64,000 bases of DNA from an uncultured Clostridia bacterium (GCA_963560245.1 CAUWNS010000002.1:17591-81590); one strand, 5' to 3'. Positions 9,177-18,657 are shown, counted from the first letter of the stretch. Numbers and translations are program-made. The notes: generated by a model not told the origin, from the letters alone.

Positions 9177-9668
9177 ATGCCGGAAACCAAAACCAATGTC
9201 TGCCGTATTCTTGATAAAAATAAAATCCCCTACCAAAGCCATTCCTATGAACCGGGGGAAAAGCTGGATGCTGTCACCGCCGCGCAGAAGATGGGGCGTT
9301 CCCCGGGGCAGGTATTTAAAACCCTCGTCACTCAGGGAAAATCCGGCGCCTATCACGTTTTTGTCATTCCCGGTGCGCTGGAACTGGATTTAAAAAAGGC
9401 AGCCAAAGCCGTCGGGGAAAAATCCATAGTAATGATCCACGTCAAAGATATCAACAAAGTAACGGGGTACATCCGCGGGGGATGCAGCCCTATTGGGATG
9501 AAAAAGCAGTATGGAACAGTGATTGACGAGAGCGCCGGCCGTCACAGCACCATTATCATCAGCGCAGGACGCATCGGTTCACAAGTGGAACTATCGCCGC
9601 TGGATTTGGCAAACCTCATCCATGCCCCCTTTTCCCCCCTTACTATGCAGCAGGAGGAATGTCCATGA
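9177..9668 (+). CDS. ybaK: Cys-tRNA(Pro)/Cys-tRNA(Cys) deacylase YbaK/EbsC family
   Basis: YbaK-like sequence (ILDKNKIPYQSHSY.., GGCSPIGMKK). SD AAAGGAGG upstream. Confidence 0.8.
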   Translation: MPETKTNVCRILDKNKIPYQSHSYEPGEKLDAVTAAQKMGRSPGQVFKTLVTQGKSGAYHVFVIPGALELDLKKAAKAVGEKSIVMIHVKDINKVTGYIRGGCSPIGMKKQYGTVIDESAGRHSTIIISAGRIGSQVELSPLDLANLIHAPFSPLTMQQEECP

Positions 9669-10231
9669 ATCACACAGGAACCCAGCAATTGGAAACTCCC
9701 AGGTTAATCCTCCGGCAATTCTGTGCAGAAGATGCGCCGTCCATGTTTCAAAATTGGGCAAACGACCCCGAGGTCGCCCGTCATGTTACTTGGCAGCCCC
9801 ACGGGACCATCTCCGTCACACAGGCCCTTTTGGAAGAATGGATCGCACAATATCGTCGTCCGGATTTTTATCACTGGTGTATCACAGACCGGAGCAGCCA
9901 AAACGCCATAGGGGATATCAGCGTCGTACATATCTCAGAGAGGGACAACTGCTGCGAAATCGGATACTGTCTATCTCGCCCGTTCTGGGGACAGGGAATC
10001 ATGACGGAAACCTGCTGTGCCGTGTTGGATTTTCTGTTTGAAACCGTAGGCGTTCATCGCGTGCAGTCAAGGCATGTAACGGAAAATCCTGCCTCCGGAA
10101 GTGTTATGCAAAAATGCGGAATGCATTTTGAAGGAATCGGCAGAGAAGCTGTTTACACATTATCCGATCATTCTTTTCATGATGTGGCGAACTACGCTAT
10201 CTTGTGTACAGATCAAAGGACCGTTTATTAA
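9659..10231 (+). CDS. GNAT family N-acetyltransferase (RimJ/RimL-like)
   Basis: LETPRLILRQF N-terminus and a GNAT core (WGQGIMTE..). Overlaps the ybaK end by 10 nt. Confidence 0.85.
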   Translation: MSMNHTGTQQLETPRLILRQFCAEDAPSMFQNWANDPEVARHVTWQPHGTISVTQALLEEWIAQYRRPDFYHWCITDRSSQNAIGDISVVHISERDNCCEIGYCLSRPFWGQGIMTETCCAVLDFLFETVGVHRVQSRHVTENPASGSVMQKCGMHFEGIGREAVYTLSDHSFHDVANYAILCTDQRTVY

Positions 10232-10245
10232 TGCTGCCGTCAATA

Positions 10246-10282
10246 TAAAAAACTGCGCTTTAATTACAAAGCGCAGTTTTTT
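10246..10282. terminator. Bidirectional Rho-independent terminator
   Basis: CTGCGCTTT(10253-10261)/AAAGCGCAG(10268-10276) stem flanked by an A-run and a T-run. Confidence 0.75.
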
Positions 10283-10314
10283 ATATTTTTATACTATAAG
10301 TATTATAAGGGGAC

Positions 10315-10416
10315 AAAAAAATGACGAGCAAACGGGCTCGTCGCAGATAAAATAAGTATGGAGTTAATTATAAAGGAGGGGGATTGACCGAGAACAAGAC
10401 CGTCTGTCTGCTCTCT
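10315..10416 (-). ncRNA. Candidate ~100-nt small RNA with a C-rich anti-SD motif
   Basis: Own promoter (see 10423-10451). 5' hairpin GAGAGCAGAC/GUCUUGUUCUC. Single-stranded AAUCCCCCUCCUUUAUAA. 3' terminator GACGAGC-CCGUUU-GCUCGUC followed by A then U7. Confidence 0.4.
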
Positions 10417-10422
10417 AAGAAC

Positions 10423-10451
10423 AGTATAGCATATCCCCTCGGAAAAATCAA
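10423..10451 (-). promoter_or_regulatory. Promoter with extended -10 (TTGATT-17 nt-TGcTATACT) for the candidate sRNA
   Basis: Read on the minus strand: TTGATT 10451-10446, TGC 10431-10429, TATACT 10428-10423. Confidence 0.45.
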
Positions 10452-10539
10452 GCAAAATGCAAAAACCAGGTTCTTTTTCAGCATGCTTTTATGTAATATA
10501 TTACTAAACTAGATGGAAAAGCCATCATTTTTTGCAAGA

Positions 10540-11052
10540 CTATGAATGAATTCCTTCATTTATTGTCGCTGTATCAGAGACATTTTTGTCATTTTTGCGT
10601 TTTTTACGCAAGCAAAGAAAAAAGTCTTTCAATTTTTGTGAGCACTCTTCTTCTAAAACCCCTCCAACAATTTGTGCTTTATGATTAAACGGATAGGCCA
10701 TCAAATCCAAAACAGAACCGCAGCAGCCCGCCTTGGGATCATAGGCCCCGAATACCACCCTCTCAATACGCGCATTGATAATCGCCCCCATACACATAGG
10801 GCAGGGCTCCAGCGTGACATACAGGGTACACCGTGGAAGACGCCAGCCGCCAAGTGTTTTACAAGCCTGCTCAATTGCAAGTATTTCCGCATGGCGCAAA
10901 GCGTTTTTCTCACATTCCCGGCGATTATATCCCTCGGCGATGATGGCTTCATCCTGTACGATTACCGCGCCGACCGGCACCTCTCCAAGCTGCGCCGCCT
11001 CCTCTGCCAGAGCAAGCGCCTGTTTCATAAAAAAAACATCCTTTAATTCCAT
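10540..11052 (-). CDS. tadA: tRNA adenosine(34) deaminase
   Basis: Cytidine/deoxycytidylate deaminase zinc motifs HAEILAIEQA and PCPMCMGAI. Confidence 0.9.
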   Translation of the reverse strand: MELKDVFFMKQALALAEEAAQLGEVPVGAVIVQDEAIIAEGYNRRECEKNALRHAEILAIEQACKTLGGWRLPRCTLYVTLEPCPMCMGAIINARIERVVFGAYDPKAGCCGSVLDLMAYPFNHKAQIVGGVLEEECSQKLKDFFLCLRKKRKNDKNVSDTATINEGIHS

Positions 11053-11053
11053 T

Positions 11054-12112
11054 TTAGATCACCTGTATAAACTGTATGCAAAGGAAGACCAAAACAATCA
11101 GGGCAATTACCATACTGGGAGTTGCCAAAAAGGCTCCAAAGCGCTGGGAATTTTTTAAATACTGGCCCTGGTTTTGGAAGGAAAACAGATTGTCATCTGT
11201 TTTGCATAAACGCATAAAAGAAATAATTCCCGTAATGATCAGTAGACAAGCAAGCAGGCAAAAGATAATGGTACAGGCGTCTCCAGAGAAATAATTCCTA
11301 AACACCATCTGTGCCAAAGTGAATACCCCCATCGCGCAATGCGCAAGAATTCCCGTCCAAAGAGAACCTGTATACAGTACAAAAAAGCCTGTACAGAGAC
11401 TCAGTATAAAAGAACTGAAAATATGGGTGGGATTCAAGTGCATAAGCGCATAAACCATGGAAGACGCCATCAGGGCAAAAACGTCCGAATATCTGCGCAG
11501 CGATTGCATGACCACCCCATGGAAAGCAAGTTCCTCAAAAAAGGCCAGCACAATTGTATTGTGGATCACATAAACTGCCGCTGCGCCCGGGGTTGTCGGG
11601 ATTACTTCCTGTACATAGATCGGAACAATATGAAGCCAGGATGTCAGGACAGAGCCGAACCCCGAGCAAAGCGTCGTCACTACACAGACGGAAAGCACCA
11701 GCGATACAGAACACCAAGTTTTATAGGGGGCTACATGACGGCGCGGAAAAACAGCCCGTTTTGGGATATGATCTAATACCAGATAGAGTAAACAGGGAAT
11801 CATAAGACAGAGCACATTCGAAAACATGACGGCCAACTGATAGAACATCTGCGCATTTTGCGGAATTGACATACGGAAATAGCGCCGCGCCAACTGCAGG
11901 AAGGGGGCAACCGCATACCAGCGTAAAAAGACAAACAGCAGCATACACAGCGCCAGATGTCCCGATGTTGTCATAATTCTCCGACGCTGAGTTTCCTTGG
12001 GATCTACCGACCAGAAACCCATTCCATTGACAAAATTATACCCTGATTCATAGGCTTTCTGATACAAATCAGATTCCGTACGCTTTTTTTGTCTTGGATC
12101 GCCGACATTCAT
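11054..12112 (-). CDS. CPBP family intramembrane metalloprotease
   Basis: Multi-TM protein with FFEELAFHG and YALMH motifs. SD GGGAGGGA before ATG 12112 (track ORF extends to 12154). Confidence 0.8.
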   Translation of the reverse strand: MNVGDPRQKKRTESDLYQKAYESGYNFVNGMGFWSVDPKETQRRRIMTTSGHLALCMLLFVFLRWYAVAPFLQLARRYFRMSIPQNAQMFYQLAVMFSNVLCLMIPCLLYLVLDHIPKRAVFPRRHVAPYKTWCSVSLVLSVCVVTTLCSGFGSVLTSWLHIVPIYVQEVIPTTPGAAAVYVIHNTIVLAFFEELAFHGVVMQSLRRYSDVFALMASSMVYALMHLNPTHIFSSFILSLCTGFFVLYTGSLWTGILAHCAMGVFTLAQMVFRNYFSGDACTIIFCLLACLLIITGIISFMRLCKTDDNLFSFQNQGQYLKNSQRFGAFLATPSMVIALIVLVFLCIQFIQVI

Positions 12113-12204
12113 CCTGTTCCCTCCCTTCGCTGTTGTAACAAGAGTATAGCACAAGTTCTCATTATAAAAAACGCTTGTTTTGTAAACATTCTCTCTTTTC
12201 AGAC

Positions 12205-12237
12205 AAAAACGGACAGGCGAACCTGTCCGTTTTTTTT
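12205..12237 (-). terminator. Rho-independent terminator after the LCP gene
   Basis: ACGGACAGG/CCTGTCCGT stem (12209-12230) flanked by an A-run and a T-run. Confidence 0.75.
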
Positions 12238-12252
12238 GCGCCTTATCAGCGT

Positions 12253-13323
12253 CTATTCTTCTGTAACATCACCGCTGTTCCCGTCCGCAGAACTGGACGC
12301 TGCTTCGGTTCCATCATCGGGGTGTACATCGTCGTAAATAAAGGCCTGTATCTTCTGCGCCGTTGCCTCAATATCAAACACCATATACCAGGTGCCGTCA
12401 ATCATAGTCCCGGCGCCGCCGTTTCCGAAGTCCTCATCCAATGGGAAACGGGTTTGTTCAAAGACCGGCTTTCCCCCGGCAAGAGCCTTTAAGCCCAGAG
12501 AGATGATCTCCCCGCTGTCCAGGGAAGTTTCCACCAGCGGGAGCAATTTGTTGACAAGACCGGGATAAGAGGTCACATTCATATCCATCACCTTGTTGAA
12601 CATCTGCTGCAATACGCGGCGCTGGCGGTCGGTTCGCTCATAGTCTCCTCCGCCGACGTTGCGGATACGGGCATACGCAACTGCCTGCATACCGCTTAAG
12701 TGCTGGAGGCCGGATCCATCGATATAATCGAGCGGAAGATCTTTCTCACTTTCCGCCGCATAGGTATAGATGTTTTGATTTGCGCTTACCCGTTCTTCCT
12801 CGCTCAGTTCTATATCAACCCCGCCAATCGCATCGATGACGTTGGCAAGCTGATCGAAGTTGACGGTCACATAATCCATAATATCCAGACCAAAATTTTC
12901 ATTAATCGTGCGGATAGCAAGTTCCGGACCGCCATAGGCATAGGCATGGTTGATCTTGGTCATGCCGTTATCGGGAACCTCCACGTAGCTGTCTCTTAAA
13001 ATAGAAGCAAGCTTAATCTTTTTATGCTTATTGTCAACAGACAAAATCATAATGGCGTCGGAACGGGAGGCCTCTCCATTTCTGGAATCCACGCCAAAGA
13101 GGGCGATATTTGTAATCTTATTGTCACTGATGGCCATATTTGCACCAATATCAGATGGATTTTGCGTAATCGAGTTATAGTGTACCTTTCCGACTGTCCA
13201 CAGGACATAAGAAAATCCCAGCAGACCAACTGCAAAAATGCAGACGACGCAGGCGATAATAATATTGCCCACACGGGCTTTATTTTTCTGTCCATACTGG
13301 GCAGAAGTTTTTGATTTTTTCAA
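12253..13323 (-). CDS. LytR-CpsA-Psr (LCP) family protein
   Basis: TM anchor plus LCP core (ALFGVDSRNGEASRSDAIMILSVD; LSGMQAVAYARIRN). There is no in-frame ATG downstream of the birA stop, so TTG 13323 with SD GAAGGGA is proposed. The track ORF start 13458 overlaps birA. Confidence 0.75.
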   Translation of the reverse strand: MKKSKTSAQYGQKNKARVGNIIIACVVCIFAVGLLGFSYVLWTVGKVHYNSITQNPSDIGANMAISDNKITNIALFGVDSRNGEASRSDAIMILSVDNKHKKIKLASILRDSYVEVPDNGMTKINHAYAYGGPELAIRTINENFGLDIMDYVTVNFDQLANVIDAIGGVDIELSEEERVSANQNIYTYAAESEKDLPLDYIDGSGLQHLSGMQAVAYARIRNVGGGDYERTDRQRRVLQQMFNKVMDMNVTSYPGLVNKLLPLVETSLDSGEIISLGLKALAGGKPVFEQTRFPLDEDFGNGGAGTMIDGTWYMVFDIEATAQKIQAFIYDDVHPDDGTEAASSSADGNSGDVTEE

Positions 13324-13409
13324 GAAAGTCCCTTCTTTCTTTTCACTCTGATTATTGCAAAACAGCCCATCTATTATAACAAATATCGACGAACCATTCA
13401 ATGTTCCGT

Positions 13410-14384
13410 TCACTTTTGTATCAAAACAGAAGCTTCTCCAGGGCGCAGGGTTCGGCATCTCCCATCGGGAAATTTGACAACCAATCCGCCGGTTTCATCC
13501 AAATCAACCGCCGTGCACAAAAAAGACTCACCCTGCATCCGGATAGAAACTTGCTTTCCGAGCAGCTTTAGACGGCTCCGATAAGCATTGAGCAAAACTT
13601 CCCTGTGGTTGGACTGAATATTCTCCAGATTTTCTTCCAAATGATCGAGGATTCGGGCAATCAATTCATTTTTATTAATTGTAAAAGAAACCATCTGCTC
13701 TAAAGAAACACTTTTTTTCCCGTCTTCCAGTTCCGGAGCCTGCTCTACATTCAGGCCTATCCCAACAATTACGGAGCTTATTTCCCCTGTTTCCGCCTCC
13801 ATGGAAGCCTCCGTCAAAATCCCGCAGAGTTTTCGCTCCCCTATCAGCAGATCGTTTATCCATTTAATCTCCACCGGAATACCCGTGCACTCTTCTGCCG
13901 CTTTGGCTACGCTAACCGCTCCTGCAAAGGTAATCAAGGTCAGATCCTGCACACGGATTTTGGGGCGGAGATATACACTCATATAGACCCCTCCGCGCGG
14001 AGAATGAAATCTTCTTCCCTGCCTCCCTTTTCCTCCTGTCTGCTGAAGGGCAACAAGAGTATATCCTTCTTGCAGCCCCTGCTCGGACTGCTGTCTGACC
14101 AGGGTATTAGTGGACTCTACGCTTTCCATCAATTGCAGGGGGCGCCCAAGCACCCTGGTGTGCAGAGAATGCGTAATTTCTTCTTCTAATATCTGATGGG
14201 ATTCTTCTACAAGAAAATAGCCCTTATTTGTCCGGCTTTCGATCCGGTATCCCTGCTCACGCAGGGCTTTTACCATCTTCCAGACAGCTGCCCGGGAAAT
14301 TCCCAGGATAGTACCGAGTTCATTCCCGGAGATGTATGTCCCTTGTCTATCCCGCAGCAGTTTAAGCAGCGCTTTTTTTGACAA
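13410..14384 (-). CDS. birA: Bifunctional biotin-protein ligase / biotin operon repressor
   Basis: N-terminal winged HTH (ISGNELGTILGISRAAVWKMVKALREQGY) and ligase motif GGKGRQGRRFHS. Confidence 0.9.
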   Translation of the reverse strand: MSKKALLKLLRDRQGTYISGNELGTILGISRAAVWKMVKALREQGYRIESRTNKGYFLVEESHQILEEEITHSLHTRVLGRPLQLMESVESTNTLVRQQSEQGLQEGYTLVALQQTGGKGRQGRRFHSPRGGVYMSVYLRPKIRVQDLTLITFAGAVSVAKAAEECTGIPVEIKWINDLLIGERKLCGILTEASMEAETGEISSVIVGIGLNVEQAPELEDGKKSVSLEQMVSFTINKNELIARILDHLEENLENIQSNHREVLLNAYRSRLKLLGKQVSIRMQGESFLCTAVDLDETGGLVVKFPDGRCRTLRPGEASVLIQK

Positions 14385-14583
14385 AATCCCACCTCCCTGC
14401 TATATTTCTTTGATTATATACGAAAAAAAATGATTAATCAATTATTATGTCTACTTCTTTTTCGATGCTAACAAAAAATTTTTAATTTTGGAATTGTTTT
14501 TCCAACAGAAATAGGTATTTTTCCCTTTCTTATGATATGATATCCAATGAAGAGCCAATTACCACAGAGGAATCAAGAAAACT

Positions 14584-15567
14584 ATGAAAAAACAATTTTA
14601 TTGTCTAATCGGATGTCTCTTCCTGCTGATAGGGGGATGCTCCTTTTCCGAGCGCCCTTATCAGAAGGATTTTTTTGCCATGGATACCTATATGTCCATT
14701 ACAGTCTATGGAAAAAATGCAGAGCAGGCGGCCAAAGCCTGTATCTCTGAAATCCATGAATTGGACGCTTTGCTTGACAAAAACGATCCGAACAGCGACA
14801 TCTTTCGCCTGAACCATGCTCAGGGAAGCCCTGTTTCCGTAGACGCAAGAACCTATGAATTGCTGACTGAAGCCGTCGAATATGCGGCACTGACAGAAGG
14901 GACTTTTGATCCAACCATCAACGCGATCAGTGAATTATGGGGTATCCACAATGGACAGGGGCATGTCCCTTCTGACGAAGAGCTTTCCCAGGCAATACAG
15001 AAAACAGGGTATAAAAAAATCTCATTTCCCCAGGGAAGCGTCTGTTTAAGCGATGGGGCAACCATCGACCTTGGCGGGATTGCAAAAGGGTATGCCGCCG
15101 ATCGCGCTGCCCGCATCCTCCAGGATGCGGGGATCTCACGCGCAGTACTCTCTCTGGGCGGAAACGTATACGTATTGGGAGATAAAGGGAACGGGCAGCC
15201 ATGGAAAGTTGGAATCCAGGATCCGGACAACAGGCTGGAGACTGCCGCAACACTTCTGTTGAAAAACTGCAGCGCAGTGACCTCCGGAGATTATGAGCGC
15301 TATTTTGAACAGGACGGCGTCCGTTATCACCATATTTTTGATCCCCAAACCGGATATCCCGGAAATACCGGACTGCGCAGTGTCACTGTTTTATGCGAAT
15401 CCTCAGCAAAAGCGGACGCCTATTCCACGGCCCTGTTTTTGATGGGTATTTCACAGGGAATGGAATTTTATCGGGAACACGGAGGATTTGAAGCTGTTTT
15501 TATTCTTGCAGACGGTTCTATTCAATATACAGATGAAGCGGCCAGATTTCTTTCCTCTGCTCAATAA
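14584..15567 (+). CDS. apbE: FAD:protein FMN transferase (ApbE family lipoprotein)
   Basis: Lipobox LLIGGCS. ApbE motifs FDPTINAI and DLGGIAKGYAAD. Confidence 0.9.
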   Translation: MKKQFYCLIGCLFLLIGGCSFSERPYQKDFFAMDTYMSITVYGKNAEQAAKACISEIHELDALLDKNDPNSDIFRLNHAQGSPVSVDARTYELLTEAVEYAALTEGTFDPTINAISELWGIHNGQGHVPSDEELSQAIQKTGYKKISFPQGSVCLSDGATIDLGGIAKGYAADRAARILQDAGISRAVLSLGGNVYVLGDKGNGQPWKVGIQDPDNRLETAATLLLKNCSAVTSGDYERYFEQDGVRYHHIFDPQTGYPGNTGLRSVTVLCESSAKADAYSTALFLMGISQGMEFYREHGGFEAVFILADGSIQYTDEAARFLSSAQ

Positions 15568-15788
15568 ACCGCTCTCCAAACCTCTTCCCGACTAATTATT
15601 ACAGGAAATGTTCAGAAAAGGCTTTCCTTTTTCTAAAGTTTTGGAAAAGATTTTTTTCGGCATCGCCAAAATGGGCACTGCTTTTTTAAACAATCCGGCA
15701 ATTGCTCTGTCATTTTGTATGGTATATAATAAAAATCGTATGAATTCCTACAAAAACACATGGATACAGGAAAAGAGGTTATGTACCA

Positions 15789-16949
15789 ATGCTAATCACC
15801 AACGCAAAAATATACACCATGGAAGCCTGCGGGATTATTGAAAACGGATTCGTCCATGTCCGGGACGGAAAAATCGCCGCCGTCGGCCCCATGACGGATT
15901 TGCCGGACACAAACGATGAAGAAATCATTGATGCTGCCGGGAAAAATGTATTCCCCGGATTTGTTGATGCACACTGCCATGTTGGAGTGGAGGACGAGGG
16001 ATTAAATTTTGAAGGAAACGACGGAAACGAGATTACAGACCCAACTACGCCAACTGTCCGCGCATTGGATTCCTACTATTCCCTCGACCGCGCCTGCGAT
16101 GACGCCCTTTATGGCGGCGTCACCACAGTCCTGACTTCCCCCGGCAGTGCAAACCCCATTGGCGGACAGATGATGACCATCAAAATGGGAACCTGCGACG
16201 ATGTAGAACAAAAGGCAATCCACACTTTCAATTCCATGAAATTCGCCCTTGGCGAAAATCCAAAAAGGTGTTATAACGGCAGAAAACAAACCCCTACCAC
16301 CCGGATGGGTTCCGCTTCTGTTATCCGTGAGCAATTGGAGAAAGCGCGCCGCTATATGAATGAAAAAGAGCAGGCCCAGAAAAACGGAGAAAAAGGTCCC
16401 GCTTATGATGCAAAATGCGAGTCTCTGATCCCTGTCCTAAAACGGGAAATACGCGCCCATTTCCATTGCCACAGGACGGATGATATTATGACCGCCATCC
16501 GTATCGGAAAAGAGTTCAACCTGGATCAGGTAATTGTCCATGGCACAGAAGGCCATTTGATTGCCAATACCCTGGCAAAAGCCAATGTCCCCGTGATCAC
16601 CGGACCTTATCTTGCAAACCGTTCCAAACCGGAATGCACCAACCTGTCCCCCAAAAATCCCGCCCTTCTTACAAAAGCAGGCTGCATGACCGCGATCTGT
16701 ACGGATCATCCGGTAATCCCCATCCACTATCTTCCACTTTGCGCGGGAATTGCCGTCAAAGAAGGGCTTGATTATATGAAAGCCCTGGAATGCATTACTA
16801 TCAACGCCGCCAAAATTGCCTGTGTCGATGACCGTGTCGGTTCGATCAAAACCGGAAAGGACGCAGATTTGACAATTTATGACGGAGATCCACTTTCTGT
16901 CTATGCCATTCCGGAAGCAGTTTTTGTAAATGGAAAACGGATGCGTTAA
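15789..16949 (+). CDS. Amidohydrolase family protein (amidohydrolase_1-like)
   Basis: FVDAHCHVG metal-binding motif and C-terminal GSIKTGKDADL. Confidence 0.8.
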   Translation: MLITNAKIYTMEACGIIENGFVHVRDGKIAAVGPMTDLPDTNDEEIIDAAGKNVFPGFVDAHCHVGVEDEGLNFEGNDGNEITDPTTPTVRALDSYYSLDRACDDALYGGVTTVLTSPGSANPIGGQMMTIKMGTCDDVEQKAIHTFNSMKFALGENPKRCYNGRKQTPTTRMGSASVIREQLEKARRYMNEKEQAQKNGEKGPAYDAKCESLIPVLKREIRAHFHCHRTDDIMTAIRIGKEFNLDQVIVHGTEGHLIANTLAKANVPVITGPYLANRSKPECTNLSPKNPALLTKAGCMTAICTDHPVIPIHYLPLCAGIAVKEGLDYMKALECITINAAKIACVDDRVGSIKTGKDADLTIYDGDPLSVYAIPEAVFVNGKRMR

Positions 16950-16963
16950 CAGCATCCCGTTTC

Positions 16964-16999
16964 AGCGGAGTTTCCATATATGGAAGCTCCGCTTTTTTT
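16964..16999 (+). terminator. Rho-independent terminator
   Basis: AGCGGAG..CTCCGCT stem with an inner TTCCA/TGGAA stem, followed by T7. Confidence 0.8.
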
Positions 17000-17090
17000 C
17001 ATGCGATTGCCACTCGGAGAACATGTAATTTTTATCATCGGCAGAGATGAAAGAATTCTCCCCCTGTTCGCCGTCATTCAAAAAGGATGG

Positions 17091-17119
17091 TTGCAATGCC
17101 TGTAAAAGGTTGGTATAAT
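17091..17119 (+). promoter_or_regulatory. Promoter (TTGCAA-17 nt-TGgTATAAT)
   Basis: TTGCAA 17091-17096 and TATAAT 17114-17119 preceded by TGG. Short leader to the K+ transporter gene. Confidence 0.65.
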
Positions 17120-17143
17120 TAACTGGTTCTTGATAGAATCTTA

Positions 17144-18550
17144 ATGGTAATGACAAAAGAGAGAAAGGTGCAAAGTCAAATGCCCTTGAAAGTACAGAGC
17201 AAACGGCATTCCGCCTCACTTCCGATGCGAATAATTGCCATCAGTTTTGCCATGGTTATTTTGGCAGGGACGCTTCTTCTGATGCTGCCCATCAGTTCCA
17301 ACGACGGACAGGCCACCAATTTTTTGGACTGCCTCTTCACTGCCACCAGCGCAACCTGTGTGACGGGTTTAATCGTGTTTGACACATACATCAAATGGTC
17401 TATGTTCGGCAAAATAGTCATTTTACTGCTGATCCAAATCGGCGGACTCGGCCTGATTACCTTTACTACTTTTTTTAATGTGGCAATAGGAAGGAAATTG
17501 GGGCTGCGGAATATGCAGCTTGCCCAGGAATCCCTGAATTCCACAACTTTTTTCGACGTTACCCATCTGGTAAAGGCAGTCGTGCTGATTTCCATTACCA
17601 TGGAATTCTGCGGTGCTGTATTGTTATGTACCACCTTTGTCCCAAAATACGGGGCAGAGGGGATTTTTATGTCCATCTTCATGTCCGTATCCGCTTTCTG
17701 CAACGCAGGGTTTGACCTGCTGGGAATGGAGGGAGAATACGTCAGCTTATGTAATTACAATGGGAACCCCGTTGTAATTTTCACCATTTCTTTTCTGATT
17801 ATCATCGGCGGACTGGGATTTCTGGTGTGGAAAGATATTTACACCTACCGAAAAACCAAAATTTTAATGCTGCACACAAAAATTGTTTTAATCATGACCG
17901 GGACTCTCATTGTTTCCGGTATGCTGATTTTCCTATTGTTGGAATGGGATAATCCTGCAACCCTGGGCGGTCTTTCGCTGCCGGAAAAACTTTCCGCAGC
18001 CTTTTTCCAATCCGTCACGCTTCGAACCGCCGGGTTCAATTCCGTGGATGTCAACTCCCTGCACAGTCTGACCAAACTCGGCAGCATTGTCCTGATGTTT
18101 ATCGGGGCTGCTCCAGGTTCCACGGCAGGCGGCGTAAAGGTGACGACATTCGCCGTCATTGTGATGACGGTCGTCTCCGTTATCCGCGGAAAAGCCGACA
18201 CAATCATTCTCAAGCGGAGAGTGGAGAAAAACGTGGTTTACAAAGCCCTTGCCGTGGTTTTCATCGCTCTGTTCGTTGTTTGTATTTCCACGATCACCCT
18301 TTATTTTTCCAACCCGGATCCCGCAGAAGTCACGGGGGTAAACGCCCTGTTTGAATCGGTTTCCGCATTTGGAACAGTCGGGATCAGTACCGGTGTAACA
18401 GGGGTCGCCAATACGCCGTCCAAAGTCGCCCTGATTCTCACAATGTTTATTGGGAGGGTCGGCCCGGTTTCCCTGGCGCTGGCGCTCGCCATGCGCGGAA
18501 AACCGCCAAAGGACATCATTGTCCCTGACGGCAAAATCCTTGTCGGTTAA
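17144..18550 (+). CDS. TrkH/KtrB family potassium uptake membrane protein
   Basis: Many TM helices with repeated pore-loop-like segments (TCVTGL, CNAGFD, RTAGFN, GTVGIS). An alternative start is ATG 17180. No TrkA/KtrA gene adjacent. Confidence 0.85.
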   Translation: MVMTKERKVQSQMPLKVQSKRHSASLPMRIIAISFAMVILAGTLLLMLPISSNDGQATNFLDCLFTATSATCVTGLIVFDTYIKWSMFGKIVILLLIQIGGLGLITFTTFFNVAIGRKLGLRNMQLAQESLNSTTFFDVTHLVKAVVLISITMEFCGAVLLCTTFVPKYGAEGIFMSIFMSVSAFCNAGFDLLGMEGEYVSLCNYNGNPVVIFTISFLIIIGGLGFLVWKDIYTYRKTKILMLHTKIVLIMTGTLIVSGMLIFLLLEWDNPATLGGLSLPEKLSAAFFQSVTLRTAGFNSVDVNSLHSLTKLGSIVLMFIGAAPGSTAGGVKVTTFAVIVMTVVSVIRGKADTIILKRRVEKNVVYKALAVVFIALFVVCISTITLYFSNPDPAEVTGVNALFESVSAFGTVGISTGVTGVANTPSKVALILTMFIGRVGPVSLALALAMRGKPPKDIIVPDGKILVG

Positions 18551-18605
18551 TTTGGTATATCCTCCCTTTCAGGCGGGGAGATGATATATGTACGCAGCAG
18601 CGTGC

Positions 18606-18650
18606 GGTCAGTCGCAACCTCCTGACCTTAAACTACACTACGAAAGGACA
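18606..18650 (+). promoter_or_regulatory. Candidate class-I preQ1 riboswitch
   Basis: 6-bp P1 GGUCAG/CUGACC (18606-18611 / 18622-18627), loop UCGCAACCUC, tail UUAAACUACACUACGAAAGGA ending in the SD. Loop CCU can pair with the SD AGG. Lies directly upstream of queT. Confidence 0.55.
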
Positions 18651-18657
18651 ATTCCAT

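Noticed and set aside
10232-10539. SRP RNA (scr/ffs), expected because it follows tadA in Bacillus
   Set aside because: Neither strand contains the conserved domain IV core (..CAGGUCCGGAAGGAAGCAGC..) or a helix-8-like structure. The region is better explained by the candidate sRNA reported in the findings.
14385-14583. BirA operator in the birA/apbE divergent region
   Set aside because: Only a 10-bp palindrome (TGATTAATCA, 14431-14440) was found. No convincing two-half-site BirA box was seen, and no bio or bioY gene is nearby.
17000-17143. c-di-AMP (ydaO/kimA-type) riboswitch upstream of the TrkH-like gene; also considered upstream of the G5/3D gene at 3393-3479
   Set aside because: The promoters leave leaders of only about 25-90 nt. 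None of the paired ACGGGG/CCCA-type conserved segments of that large pseudo-symmetric aptamer are visible.
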